NCBI GenBank assembly: GCA_022605425.2
Contig: JAKIMF020000001.1
Location: forward strand, 558,001 to 622,000
Source of the DNA: Hamiltosporidium tvaerminnensis FI-OER-3-3
Taxonomy: Eukaryota; Fungi; Microsporidia
Reading direction: 5' to 3'
Length of the DNA stretch: 64,000 bases
Numbering within the stretch: position 1 is the stretch's first letter; each line of letters opens with the position of its first letter. Of this stretch, positions 47,138 to 59,204 are shown piece after piece. The notes beneath the pieces were generated by a model, which saw only the letters and a program-made list of their open reading frames with translations, searched no databases and was not told where the DNA came from. The position numbers and the translations under genes are program-made.

Positions 47138-49791
47138 ATGACAGAATCGAACGTGACCGAAGAAATAAATTCACGAATGCACATGCGCAGTACAGATATA
47201 TGTGATTCGATACCACATATTCCACAAAGAAAATATGTTAAAGAGATTGAAATCGAGATCGGCGCTATTTCTTTGAAAGAGAAAGGCCGAAAGCTACGTG
47301 GGGATACTTTTTTTAACTCCGCTGAATCATTAAAGGAGTTTGTTAAGAAGAATGAGTTTAAGGTTATTATTAGTGCTCATGGTTGTGATGGAACACTTCT
47401 TAATAAGAATCTTCCTATTTCAAGGTTTTTGATGAACAAAATACAAGAGGAAGAAGAAATTGCAGAGTATAAGGAAATACAAAATGGTGTGAGTAAAGAT
47501 GATGAGGAAATTAAAGAGGATTATGAGAATAGTAATGAAGCGGAAACAAACGATGAAGAAAAAATACAAGAAGATAAGAGAATACAAGAAGAGCGTAATA
47601 GAAGAAGAGGAGAAAATACAAGAAGAGGAGAAAATACAAGAAGAGGAGAAAATACAAGAAGATAAGAGAATAGAAGAAGAGGAGAAAATAGAAGAAGAGG
47701 AGAAAATACAAGAAGATAGAGAAATAGAAGAAGAGGAGAAAATACAAGAAGATAAGAGAATAGAAGAAGAAGAGAAAATACAAGAAGAGGAGAAAATACA
47801 AGATATGTCTCAAAAAGTTAGTAATATTATTCCTGAAAAGTGTGGAGATGTTCGTGTGGAACCTAAGTGTGATTATGAAAGGCGTACAAATGAGGCAGTC
47901 ATTTTTTATAATAACCAAAGATGACAAAGAAAATGTTAATAAAAAAGAAATAAGTGAATTAAGTGAAATAAATGGAGATTATAAGAGATTAGAAGAATTA
48001 AAACACAAAGAACCTAAAGTTGGTAAACCTTTGGAAATAAGAAAAAGGAAGAAACTTTTTAATACTCGTAAATTCAAACAAAAACATCCAATTTGTAAAA
48101 AAAAGATTTTTATTGGCAAAATACTCAAATCATATTCAATACTTAGAAAAAATTTTAAGAAAAAATCTTTGAAAGATAAAGTTCCGTCAGATTTTATAAA
48201 GGAAAACAAATTTATTTCGAATTATAATGGCCAGAATGCAAATGAAAAGAAAGATGTGGAATCACATCAAAAGATTAGTGAAACACAAAATAATTCCAAA
48301 GCAGAAGCCTCTAACAATCCTAATAATTCCAAAGCAGAAGCCTCTAACAATCCTAATAATTCTAAAGCAGAAGCCTCTAACAATCCTAATAATTCTAAAG
48401 CAGAAGCCTCTAACAATCCTAATAATTCTAAAGCAGAAACCTCTAACAATCCTAATAATTCCAAAGCAGAAGCCTCTAACAATCCTAATAATTCTAAAGC
48501 AGAAGCCTCTAACGATCCTAATAATTCTAAAGCAGAAACCTCTAACGATCCTAATAATTCTAAAGCAGAAACCTCTAACGATCCTAATAATTCTAAGGTC
48601 GTAACTGATGATTCTAGTAATCCTAAATCTTTTAATAATTCCGACGCCGCCAGGAATACTTCCAAAAATACTAAAAAAACCAAAAAAGAAGACAAAGACA
48701 ATACCAACAGTGTAACTAAGAATTCTGAAAGCCTGCCTACTAAAAGTATATCAAAAGACACTTCAAATAATACAATTATTGATTTCAATATACCAAAAAT
48801 TACGAATAAAGAATTACTTAACAAAAAACAAGAAATTGAATCTATTAAAAAACAAAACAGACCAATAGATTTATCAATAATTTATGATTATAATATAGAA
48901 GTGATAAATATGAAAAAAGATCAAAAAAAAATGGTTGAGAAATATAAATTTTTGTTTATAAGAGTTTTAAGAGAAATAGAAGAACGTAAATATTTATTTC
49001 AAAACTCCAATTCCAAACAAGAAATATTTAAACGAAGTGTTTTAATTTATAGGAAAGATTATAAAGATTATATCGATTTTTCATTATTGAATTCGGAGGA
49101 AAAAAGTAAAATTTTTAATTTTTTGTTGAAAAAATTTACTCGAAAATTCAATAAAAATGACTTCGATTGTGAATTTTATTTTGAAAAATGCATTCAAAAA
49201 CTATTTTGTTGCTATCAAGAAACAAAAGAAGAAATCAGAGAAGTAGACGATTTCATTTTCAGGTTGCTTGATTATATAGATCAACATAAAATGACATGTG
49301 TGTATGCATTCAAACAAAATGTAGATTTAGATGAAGTACATAAGAAAATTAAATGTATTGAAAATGGAGAGTACTATAATATAAAGGATGTTGATATTTG
49401 TACAAATATTTATATAATGATGGTTTATCTGAGAGTGACAATAGATGGAGTTATTCCTTTAAATTTGAGGAAAATTTTGTTAAGATTTGATGTTATAAAT
49501 AGTGAAAGTAAACGAGAATATGTTTTAAGATTTTTACCTTTTATTGTTGGAGAAAAAAGACGAAAAATAATTTTAAGATTGATTGATTTGATTTGGATTG
49601 TAAAGAGTAATTTTATAGAAGTTGAAGCGACTGATTTTATGACGCGAGTTTTAAGTGAATGTATTTTTCCGTTAAATGATTATAGATCTAATAAGAATAG
49701 GATTTATGCATGCAAAATTGTCAAAAGATTATTTGATTACGACTTTTATTCTATCTCACCAAGATTATATACAAATGCCACAAAAAAATAA
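47138..49791 (+). CDS. Repeat-rich protein with C-terminal RhoGAP-like domain; two +1 frameshifts, ~883 aa when joined
   Basis: Three overlapping ORFs, each +1 to the previous. The IQEEEK repeat runs across the first junction. The C-terminus (LLDYIDQH...YAFK...DVDICT...YLRVTIDGVIP...LP...RRKIILRLIDL) follows the RhoGAP pattern. Confidence 0.65.
47556..47803 (+). repeat. 18-bp coding tandem repeat (IQEEEK / IQEDKR)
   Basis: AAAATACAAGAAGAGGAG-type units, about 13 copies. Confidence 0.9.
48290..48597 (+). repeat. 33-bp coding tandem repeat (NNSKAEASNNP, about 9 copies)
   Basis: AATAATTCTAAAGCAGAAGCCTCTAACAATCCT units seen directly. Confidence 0.95.
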
Positions 49792-50599
49792 ATAATTGCT
49801 CTTGAATTAAATGAGAAAAAAAAGAACTATTCAGGAACAAATGATTAAATAATGACTCAAATATTTGATGATTTTAGCAACATTTGTTTTCTATTTAAAT
49901 ATTTTTTAACCTTTTCTTCTTTTATTTCAATTTTAAATATTTTTTTTATTTTAAAAGCACTTTTCTTCATCTAATTACAAACGAATTAATGATTCAAAAG
50001 GTGAATATCATAGTTATTTCAAGAATATAATTTAAAGACTTTTTTATTTGCAATAGGTTCTTCTTTTAAATTAAATTTTAAATTTAAAGACAAATGTTGC
50101 AAAACTATAGATGTACTCATAACTTACTATAGGTTAATTTATGATATTATAGACAAAAATAGGAACGAAAATACTATAATGATATACATTAAAGGTATTT
50201 ACATAGTTACAGATTCTTTTCTATTTACCTAAAATTTACAAAATAAAATTTACATGAATAGAGCAAACAAAAGTACATGTTTAGATACGAAGATGGAACA
50301 CTTGCATTAGAATATAACAGTATTTAAATGTATTTTATGTTTTTTATTCTTGAAGATTCACATATTTTTTCGGATTGAAGAATGTGAGTTTAAAAATTAC
50401 AACTTTTTGAAATGTGGCACGGTTTATCTTTTTTTTTCATAAAATACACCCGGTAAAAGGTTCAGATAGATAACTATTCGTCAAAGCTCTGTCGGTATTC
50501 AGTACGATAATTGAATGACAAAGCTTTTTATCTAAAAGGTGTGTAAGCCTTTTCAATCGAAAGGTTAATTGACCATAGTTGGTTAATTTGTTTCCCAGA

Positions 50600-51090
50600 T
50601 TGTGTTGACAGTTTATAACCCGTTTTTTTTAATCGAGACTAGCAAGATTCTCTCTTACTCTAAGCTTAATGAATCGAATATACTTTGGTTTAGGATATAT
50701 CTATACGATTACACTGAATTAAACTAGACGTTGAAATGTCATACCAACGGATATAACCAGCTGCTAAGCATTCTGGCTTTTTTAAAGCTTCGTTTTTTAT
50801 ATCTCCTAGTCCCAGATCATCTAATCATGGTGAACAAGTTAGATCTTCTAGGTTTTACATGAAAATTAGCTACATTTTTAAGTCGTATTCTTATATTTAG
50901 TTAAAACTAAGTTTATAAAAGAGAGTTTATCTATTCTATGAACTTTATTCTTTTTATAAAAATTACTTAAGAGCAAACGAAAATCTAATGTATTTCACAG
51001 ATCTAAAAACCACCAACAATAATTTTCCCAACAAATTCCCATACTCATTGCCAAAAAGACATTCTTTAATGTTCTTAGTACCATCTACCA
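50600..51090 (-). repeat. Dispersed repeat family A, strongly decayed inverted copy
   Basis: ATACTCATTGCCAA at ~51041-51054, CTAGGTTTT.CATG at ~50850 and ATGTCATAC.AAC.G.TATAACC at ~50740 match the 45-kb copy. Confidence 0.65.
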
Positions 51091-51314
51091 ATTAAAAGCA
51101 CCAAAAAGTATTTTTATAAAATTCGTCGGTATAAAAAAAAGAATTTATATAAAAAAATAAACTCATACCACACAATTTCATATTTACTTAGATTCATATT
51201 TAAATATATTATATGGCAGTCATTAGACATTTCTATAAGATATATCTATCATTACATTTATTTAAGATATTTAAATATAAAAAGTTTATTTTAAATTCGA
51301 AAATTTTTAATACA

Positions 51315-51550
51315 TGGGATAAGTGGATAGCCAAAATAAAAACTATCTGGTTGTCAATGAGCGTATGAAATTAAAAAAAAACAGTATTGACTTTTTTTTT
51401 CGGGGGGAGAGGGGATATAAACCACATTGGATCCATGAGTTAATCCCCTATAATCCCGAGTAACAACAGATTAAAACAAGAAATTGAAAGATTTTCAGTT
51501 CTTTATCCTCGAAACCGAAAGATAAAAGAGGAGGTGAATAAGTGAATAAG
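51315..51550 (+). repeat. Repeat family B, second copy
   Basis: AAAAACTATCT...TCAATGAG...GATATAAACCACA...TAATCCC.TATAATC...TTTATCCTCG...GATAAAAG, collinear with 40636-40840. Confidence 0.7.
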
Positions 51551-53249
51551 TCTCTACATTTTTAATATCATAATATAAGACTTAGCAATTGTCATAAAGA
51601 AATTTGATTCTAGAAATGTTTAATTGGTTTTAAAGACTTAAGATATCTATAATACTATCATTAAGAATATAACTCGTAAGATTTGACCAAAAATCTTATA
51701 AAGAAAATAACCTAATCAGAAGTATGACAGGAAACATCTCGAAACCTTGACTTTTAGCAAAAAAGCGTATCACTATTGTTGAAAAACCGTTCTAAGTTGT
51801 AATAAATCATAAAAATGGAAAATTTATAACGTAAAATTTAGATTAACTACATTTTTTAAGATTTTTTAAGCATTTTTTAGCTGATAAAAACAGTAGACTT
51901 AGAATTAATAGTCAAAAGACATTTTTTCTGTACAAAGTATTTATATTCGCAAATAGTAATTTATTAAAACAATTATGCTTTGAATTAGTTTCTATAATTT
52001 AATACCTGTTTAAATTAAAACAGTCGTATGAAAAGAATAAAGAAATGTACAATTGTTGATTTTACAAATCTATAATGCAATCGATAAAACGTATTCTTTT
52101 TAGAAAACTAAAACACTTGTAACATCTTAAATCAAATAAAAGCTAGATTTGATAAAACTATTTAGTAAAGGATTAATGAATAAAATAGAAATAACGAATT
52201 AAATTTATAATTAATTTAAGCAAAATATAATACAAGCAAAAAAGATTTATTGATTAAGAAATTACTTGAAATATTTATTTACAGAATTACTTACTGGCAA
52301 CTAGAAATACGGACATAAAAGACTCTTTATTTATAATAAATTACAAACAGAGGATTTTATCACACTTCTAGTAAATAGACAGAGAAATTAATCACAGGTA
52401 ATTAAGTTTTATAAGATTAAACCACACATTGAGCTTTATATTCTTGAAAATAAATTAACTTCGTTTTTCACGAGTTTAACGACTACTTAACTTTAAAGAG
52501 TCATTCTACTTTTTAATCTTAAAATGATCTTGAAATGATCTTGAAATAAACTTAAATAATTTTAAAATAAACCTAAGATAATCTTAAAATGATCTTGAAA
52601 TAAACTTAAAATAATCTTAAAATTAAATTATATATATAAAAGCTATGTTTCTTCTATAAGAATGAAGAAATAGATACAAAAAATATCAGTGAATGAAAAT
52701 AGAGTTAAAAACGAAGTAAAAAAGATATTTTAATAAATTTTATTTGTTAATTCTTTAATATTTAATTATTATTTTAAAAAACAAATATTTAATATCTGTA
52801 TTGTTCATCAAAGATGAACTGAGAATAAGGAACTGAAAAATATTGTTATTTTTGTTTATTATATAAGTAAATGACTAAAGATCTAACAATTATAGTAATT
52901 TATGTTCAATTATATGTGTAGAAGGACAATAGTTCATAGAATTGTAAATTTAAGAATTATAAATTATCTGATATATTTATAAAATGTGAAATAGAAGTAT
53001 TGTAGATGTATCAAGTACCTATTTAAAATGTAAAAGGTATTATAAAGAAAGGTTTAGGAAAAACAGGAGATGTAGTATAAATTAAAAAAAATCTTGGTTT
53101 AGAATAATATTATATAAAAATTATAAGCCTAACCAAAGCACTAAGGTGTTTTTGAATTTTAAATTCAAAATATTTTTTGTCCGATTGTTTTCAATTTTAG
53201 ACTTAATTTGGTTATTATGACTCTTTTATTTATTAACAATAAAATATTT

Positions 53250-53562
53250 TAAAAATTTCTTATTTTTGAATCAGAAACAGTTTGGTGAAATAAAAGAAAA
53301 AGTAAATAAATTGTAAAAGTATAATATTTTAGAATCAGAAACAGTTCGGTGAAATAAAAGAAAAATTAAATTAATTGTAAAAGTATAATATTTTTAAAAA
53401 TTTCTTATTTTAGAATATCGAACATACTTCAAAATATAAGAAAATACAAATTAATTGTAAATTCAAACGTGATTATAAAAATTTCTTATTTTAGAATATC
53501 GAACATACTTCAAAATATAAGAAAATACAAATTAATTGTAAATTCAAACGTGATTATAAAAA
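53250..53562. repeat. Adjacent tandem duplications (~64 bp x2, 81 bp x2)
   Basis: GAATCAGAAACAGTT.GGTG at 53268 and 53332. TTTCTTATTTTAGAATATCGAAC at 53401 and 53482. Confidence 0.85.
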
Positions 53563-53725
53563 CTAATTAAAGAAAAATATAATATTTTAAATTGATTTAA
53601 AAGCTTGGTAAAGCAATCAATCATACAATATATTTTACAAACCTTTAATTTAAAGACAATTATATTTAAAAAAAATTAAATTTTTAATTATTTCTTTTGG
53701 TCATATAATAGAAAAATTTGTATCA

Positions 53726-53986
53726 GAAATATTTTTAAGTAAATGAAATGGATTCTTATCTTTGATTATATAATAAAGAAAAGAAATATTTTTAAGTAAA
53801 TGAAATGGATTCTTATCTTTGATTATATAATAAAGAAAAGAAATATTTTTAAGTAAATGAAATGGATTCTTATCTTTGATTATATAATAAAGAAAAGAAA
53901 TATTTTTAAGTAAATGAAATGGATTCTTATCTTTGATTATAAAATAAAGAAAAGAAATATTTTTAAGTAAATGAAATGGATTCTTA
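53726..53986. repeat. 57-bp minisatellite, ~4.6 near-identical copies
   Basis: GAAATATTTTTAAGTAAATGAAATGGATTCTTATCTTTGATTATATAATAAAGAAAA starting at 53726, 53783, 53840, 53897 and 53954. Confidence 0.95.
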
Positions 53987-54492
53987 CTTTTTTTAAATCT
54001 TTGATTTAATTTATTAAAAAAACAGTTAAATTAAAGTTTAAAATTTCGTGTCTAAACGACAATTTGAATAATCTTGTTTTTTCTGAAGATCCCTAAATAA
54101 ATATATCTTTATAAATATACTTTCCTAGGATCCAATACTTTAAACTGATAAGGTATATAAAATATTTAAAGATACAATTATATCATTTATTTATAATCTA
54201 TTTAATAAAATAATTTATCTCTAATTCATATGAAGTAAATATTGGTGTTAATTTATATTGGTACTTTATAAGAATTATCAATCATTTTCCTTGATAGATG
54301 TCAAAAAACAATATGATTAAATAAATTATTAAAACGTATTTAACGGTTTATTAAATTTAGAAATTAAAAAAAAAAAATAATTAAAAGAATATTTACAAAA
54401 CTTTTGTTGATTTTATAAATTTTAAAAACAAATTATTTTTCAAAAAAAAATTTTCTTTTTTTATTTAAAAGATAAAAAAAATACCCCTTTTA

Positions 54493-55983
54493 ATGCGTAA
54501 TTATTCTACAGACTTCTCAAGAAACGAGGGTAGTTGGAGAGATCTGGCTAAACGTAATAATAAAGACAGAGGAAGTTCCAAAGAATATTCATGGGGAGCA
54601 CGAACATCCACATTTGAGGAATTACCGCCAGTCGAATTTAAAAAGAATTTTTATTCTGAAAAACCACACATTTCCAAAATGTCTGAAGACGAAGTAATTG
54701 AATTTCGCGAGAAACACGAAATGAAAATTAAAGGAAAAAATGTTCCAAAACCCGTTAAAAGTTTTGAAGATTTGTCTTTTAAACAGGAAATTTTAAGAGA
54801 TTTTGAAAAGAAACAATTTTCACACCCGACACCGATCCAAGCACAAGGATGGCCAATGGCTCTGAGTGGAAGGGATATGGTTGGAATAGCACAAACTGGT
54901 TCTGGAAAAACAATTTCATTTGTTCTTCCAGCCTTGATACATGCAGCTGACCAACCACCACTTCGAAGAAATGATGGACCTATTGTCTTGATTCTGGCAC
55001 CAACACGTGAGTTGTGTCTACAAATTAAAGAAGTTGTAGATCAATACACATATTTTTTTAGAATGAAAAGCACTGCCGTGTATGGAGGTGTCTCTGCCAT
55101 ACCACAGCGAAACGATTTACGAAGTGGTGTAGAAGTATTGGTTGCTACACCAGGAAGACTTATTGATTTATACAAGCAAGGCTGTTTATCTCTCAAAAGA
55201 GTCACTTTTTTGGTTTTAGATGAAGCAGATAGAATGTTGGACATGGGATTTGAACCCCAACTTAAAGAAATTATTCCAGAAACAAATCCAAACAGACAAA
55301 CTCTGATGTGGAGTGCCACCTGGCCAAAAGAAGTCAGAAACCTGGCAGAATCTTACATGAAAGATTTTATTCAAGTAAACATCGGACAGGAAGAATTGAC
55401 TTCAAATTTAAGAATCAAACAAATTACCAAAATATGTGAAGAAAGAGACAAAAATGGAAATCTTCTTGATGTTTTGAAAAGTAAAAAAGGAGAAAATATA
55501 TACAGAATGATAGTTTTTTGTAATAAAAAACGAACTTGCGATGACATTGAATATCTTTTACAAGGAAAAGGATTTTCTGCCGTAGCTATTCATGGAGATA
55601 AATCACAGGCAGTGCGAGACAGAGTAATTAGTGATTTTAAATCAGGAAGAAAACATGTTTTAATAGCTACGGATGTAGCAGCAAGAGGACTGGATGTCAA
55701 AGATGTCAAAATGGTTATAAATTATGATTTTCCATCTTCTTGTGAGGATTATATTCATAGAATAGGTAGAACAGCAAGAGGAGATACCAAAGAAGGCATT
55801 TCTCTTACATTTTTTACATTCACTGATAAAAACAACAGTAAAGAATTGATTAGAATTTTAACTGATGCGAATCAAGAAGTTCCTCGAGAATTAAGAGAGA
55901 TGGTACCAAGAGGAGAAGTAAAAAGATTTTCAAGATACGGTGGAAGATCAAATTATTCAAGTTCATTTCACAAGAGATGGTGA
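54493..55983 (+). CDS. DBP2: ATP-dependent DEAD-box RNA helicase DBP2 (p68/DDX5)
   Basis: PTPIQAQGWP, AQTGSGKT, PTREL, TPGRL, DEAD, SAT, ARGLD and HRIGRTAR. The MWSATWPKEV signature points to Dbp2. Confidence 0.97.
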   Translation: MRNYSTDFSRNEGSWRDLAKRNNKDRGSSKEYSWGARTSTFEELPPVEFKKNFYSEKPHISKMSEDEVIEFREKHEMKIKGKNVPKPVKSFEDLSFKQEILRDFEKKQFSHPTPIQAQGWPMALSGRDMVGIAQTGSGKTISFVLPALIHAADQPPLRRNDGPIVLILAPTRELCLQIKEVVDQYTYFFRMKSTAVYGGVSAIPQRNDLRSGVEVLVATPGRLIDLYKQGCLSLKRVTFLVLDEADRMLDMGFEPQLKEIIPETNPNRQTLMWSATWPKEVRNLAESYMKDFIQVNIGQEELTSNLRIKQITKICEERDKNGNLLDVLKSKKGENIYRMIVFCNKKRTCDDIEYLLQGKGFSAVAIHGDKSQAVRDRVISDFKSGRKHVLIATDVAARGLDVKDVKMVINYDFPSSCEDYIHRIGRTARGDTKEGISLTFFTFTDKNNSKELIRILTDANQEVPRELREMVPRGEVKRFSRYGGRSNYSSSFHKRW

Positions 55984-56104
55984 TAATTAAATTTGATTGA
56001 TTTATTTGAAGATAGGATGGAAGAAACTAATTTCTGTGTTTGAAGACAAAGGTTTATGTTTCTTGTGATCTTATCAGTTTTTTATTTTTATTTTTTTTTT
56101 AATT

Positions 56105-56260
56105 TAAGAAAACATTTTTTATGATTTTATTTTGTAAATCTTTGTTTTTAGATTTTATATATTTAAAATGGTTTTTTTAAATGAAGAAAACATTTTTTAT
56201 GATTTTATTTTTGTAAATCTTTGTTTTTAGATTTTATATATTTAAAATGGTTTTTTTAAT
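56105..56260. repeat. ~77-bp tandem duplication downstream of DBP2
   Basis: AAGAAAACATTTTTTATGATTTTATTTTGTAAATCTTTGTTTTTAGATTTTATATATTTAAAATGGTTTTTTTAA occurs twice. Confidence 0.85.
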
Positions 56261-56271
56261 GGTTTTTCGTT

Positions 56272-57454
56272 GAGCTTTCGATGAAGACCAGAGGAACAAT
56301 GAAAATTTTTTAGGAGTCAAAACTTTCTTACTTTTACTCCATTTTTGTAAGATTAATTTTAATGTAATAAAATCATGTAAAATAATATCCACTTATTCAA
56401 TAAAAGTTACAATGGTTTTAAGAACAGTGTACTTTGTGTCTTACATCGATGATTCTTCCTAAAAATATATTTTTAAATGTAATCAATTCAAGCTTAAGTA
56501 TTCTGTTGAAATCATGTTTTTTCTAAACCTTCTCAATCTCGACCATAAATTTTCGATTGTGTTTGTATGAATACCTGATTTTGATACAAAATATTTAGAA
56601 TGATTCACACTATTATAAGAAAAATATTGATTCTCTTTAAATATTGATAGATATGAACAATATCATTGGAATATACTGTACTTCCTGTAGATATGTTTAT
56701 ATACAGCATTTTTTAAAGCACCCAACTGTTCTATTTGGAATAATTTATATATAGAACCTCTTTGTCGTTCTCAAAATAGCTCTGAACACTCATTGTCGTC
56801 TAATTAGACGACCTAAATTATACTTTCTCTTGCCTATAACTTATTCATCTATTCATCTATTTCCACTATTTCTCCGGGTCCACCAATTTTCTCAGAGGAA
56901 TACAAGAAATAATTTTGTATTAGCAATCTTAAGTCTTTAATAGAGTCTCTTAAAGTTTATCTGAAAAAATATACATTGCTTTGATGACATCATATGACAA
57001 TTTAAATCTAAATAACGAAATGTTAAAAATCAAACCATGAATTCAAATTTTTAATTTTTAATTGCACTGAAGCAATATTCGGTATATTTCTTATCACAAA
57101 ATGTACAGCAGAAACGAATCTTTCCTAAAGAAAGAATTAAGCGGTTTAGGGTTCTATTACAAACAAAATATGATTCAACCAAATTGGGTTGTTCTAATAA
57201 AAAATGCACCTCTAAGTCACTGTCATTTCTTATTTGCGTTTTAAAGATTTGACAAATAGTTCACCATTGTTAACAAGTATCATATAAATAGAAAATTTAA
57301 TTACTTTTAAGTGAGAAATTTTAATGCGAGATTTAAATATTTATTAAGGTCGTAAATATTTTGTAATTTTTTATTGTAAATTGACAAAAAAGGGGTAAAA
57401 AGAATTTTGATCATAAAAAATTTTCATTTTCTCTTTTGTCTTCATCAGAAGTCC
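56272..57454 (-). mobile_element. Decayed Merlin (IS1016/IS1595-like DDE) DNA transposon with ~80-bp imperfect TIRs
   Basis: Minus strand encodes KIGGPGEIVEIDE...GKRKYNLGR (~56800-56890) and HSKYFV..SGIHTNTIENLWSRL (~56535-56605). 56272-56350 is an imperfect inverted repeat of 57380-57454 (GATGAAGAC...AATGAAAATTTTTTA.GA.TCAAAA). Confidence 0.85.
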
Positions 57455-58189
57455 AATCGGTTTTTTTTTGTAAATCTTTGTTTTTTAAAATTTAAATTTT
57501 TTAATTTTTAATATTTCTAGTAGCTTTCTATTCAAATGTTTTTTTTCAATTGGTTTTTAAGGGAAATTTTAATGTTTCAAATAGTGTTTTAGATCAAAAT
57601 AATGATTTCTAAATATTTTTATTTTTCAAATATTTTTTAAGTGATTAATAAAGACTAGTTGATATTTAAAATGAAGATGGTTTTACATTAAGAATTGATT
57701 TATTTTTAATTTGATTTAGTTGATAAATTATTTCAATAATTATAGAATTTGTGTAAATTGTAGTTCTTAATATATTAAATTGGTTTATTGTAATTGTATA
57801 AGTTTTTTGTAATATCTTAAGAAAATGAAGTGATTTAAAGAAAAATGTGAGATTAGAGGAGTTTGAAATAAAAATAAAGAAAATTGAAGGGATATAAGCG
57901 AGATCTTGGTTTTTTAAACTAGAAATATATTTTTTAGGAAGAAATTTAATAAATTTATGAAAATAAAATTTAAGAAATATATTTCAATGATTTAGGTGAC
58001 ATTTATTTAGGGGAAATATAGAGAAATATAAATATTTTTTAATAATTTGATTAACATTTATTAAATTTGAGATAAATATGAGGAAAAAAAAAATTTAAGA
58101 AATATTTTTCAATGATTTGGTTGACATCATTTAAGTGAAATATAGGAATTAAGAAATATAAATACTAAATACAAAAAGACCCTTCAAAA

Positions 58190-58789
58190 ATGGCCAAGTT
58201 ATACTTCAGATACGGAGCAGTTTCAAGTGCAAAAACACTTAATTTACTTGCAGTTTCTCACCAGTACAGACAGCAGGGAAAAGCAGTTGTAGTAATAAAA
58301 CCATCGATTGACACTCGTTTTAACATAAAAACAGTCCGATCAAGAGCTGGTCTTGAGACAGAAGCAGACATAATAATTCACCCGGAATGCAACATATTTG
58401 ATAAATTAAAAACGCACAAAAATATTTTTTGTGTTTTAGTTGATGAATCACAATTTTTCACCAAAGAGCATATAAATCAGCTACGAGATATAGTTGATAT
58501 ACGCGATATACCAGTTATTTGTTACGGACTACGTACTGATTTTAAAACGCATCTTTTTCCCGCGGTAGTTCGACTTTTTGAAATATGTGATGTTATTGAA
58601 GAAGTCAAATCTACATGCAGTTTCTGTAATAAAAAATCTACAATGAATTTAAAAAGTGTTGATGGTGTTTTTGTTACGCAAGGGCCCAGTATCGAAATGG
58701 GATGTGAAGAAAAGTATCTTCCTGCTTGTTATCCGTGTTTCAGAGAAAAAACAAGAACAGGTGTTTCTGAAACCAAAGATTCTCGTTGA
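58190..58789 (+). CDS. tdk: Thymidine kinase (TK1/tdk family), 199 aa
   Basis: MAKLYFRYG, KPSIDTR, SRAG, VDESQF, YGLRTDF, CxxC zinc site and E.KY.PACxxCF. CCC before the ATG. Confidence 0.95.
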   Translation: MAKLYFRYGAVSSAKTLNLLAVSHQYRQQGKAVVVIKPSIDTRFNIKTVRSRAGLETEADIIIHPECNIFDKLKTHKNIFCVLVDESQFFTKEHINQLRDIVDIRDIPVICYGLRTDFKTHLFPAVVRLFEICDVIEEVKSTCSFCNKKSTMNLKSVDGVFVTQGPSIEMGCEEKYLPACYPCFREKTRTGVSETKDSR

Positions 58790-59204
58790 TTTAATTAAAG
58801 GAAATAATTTATTTTTATTATTCTTCTTTCTGTTTATTGCGAAATATTTATTCTACAATTCTATTATAATTTAAAATTCAATTCTCGTAATTTTTTTATC
58901 TCAATGAAGTAAATTAAATTTTTAATTTAAAAATGCAAAATAATTAGAAATTATTTAAAATAGAAAGTAAAATCTTAATATAATTTAATAAACACAGCCA
59001 TTTATTTAATTAATATTTATTTGATATGTATTCATGATTTGAAAGTATTATTCTTATGTAAAATATACTATAATCTAATAATTAGGTGATGTATTATATC
59101 CTTATTTGTTTCTTTAGGCCATATTCCATTGATTCTATCTGGTATATGTTTAATTTTATATCCCTTATGTTTTTTAAATTTATATTAATTTCTAATTTTT
59201 TATC

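Noticed and set aside
47511-48824. Antisense or alternate-frame ORFs with hydrophobic or periodic peptides (47511-47927, 48227-48604, 48267-48824; also 43138-43434)
   Set aside because: They are shadows of stop-free coding tandem repeats.
53726-53986. CRISPR-like array
   Set aside because: Units are head-to-tail with no unique spacers, there are no cas genes, and the context is eukaryotic.
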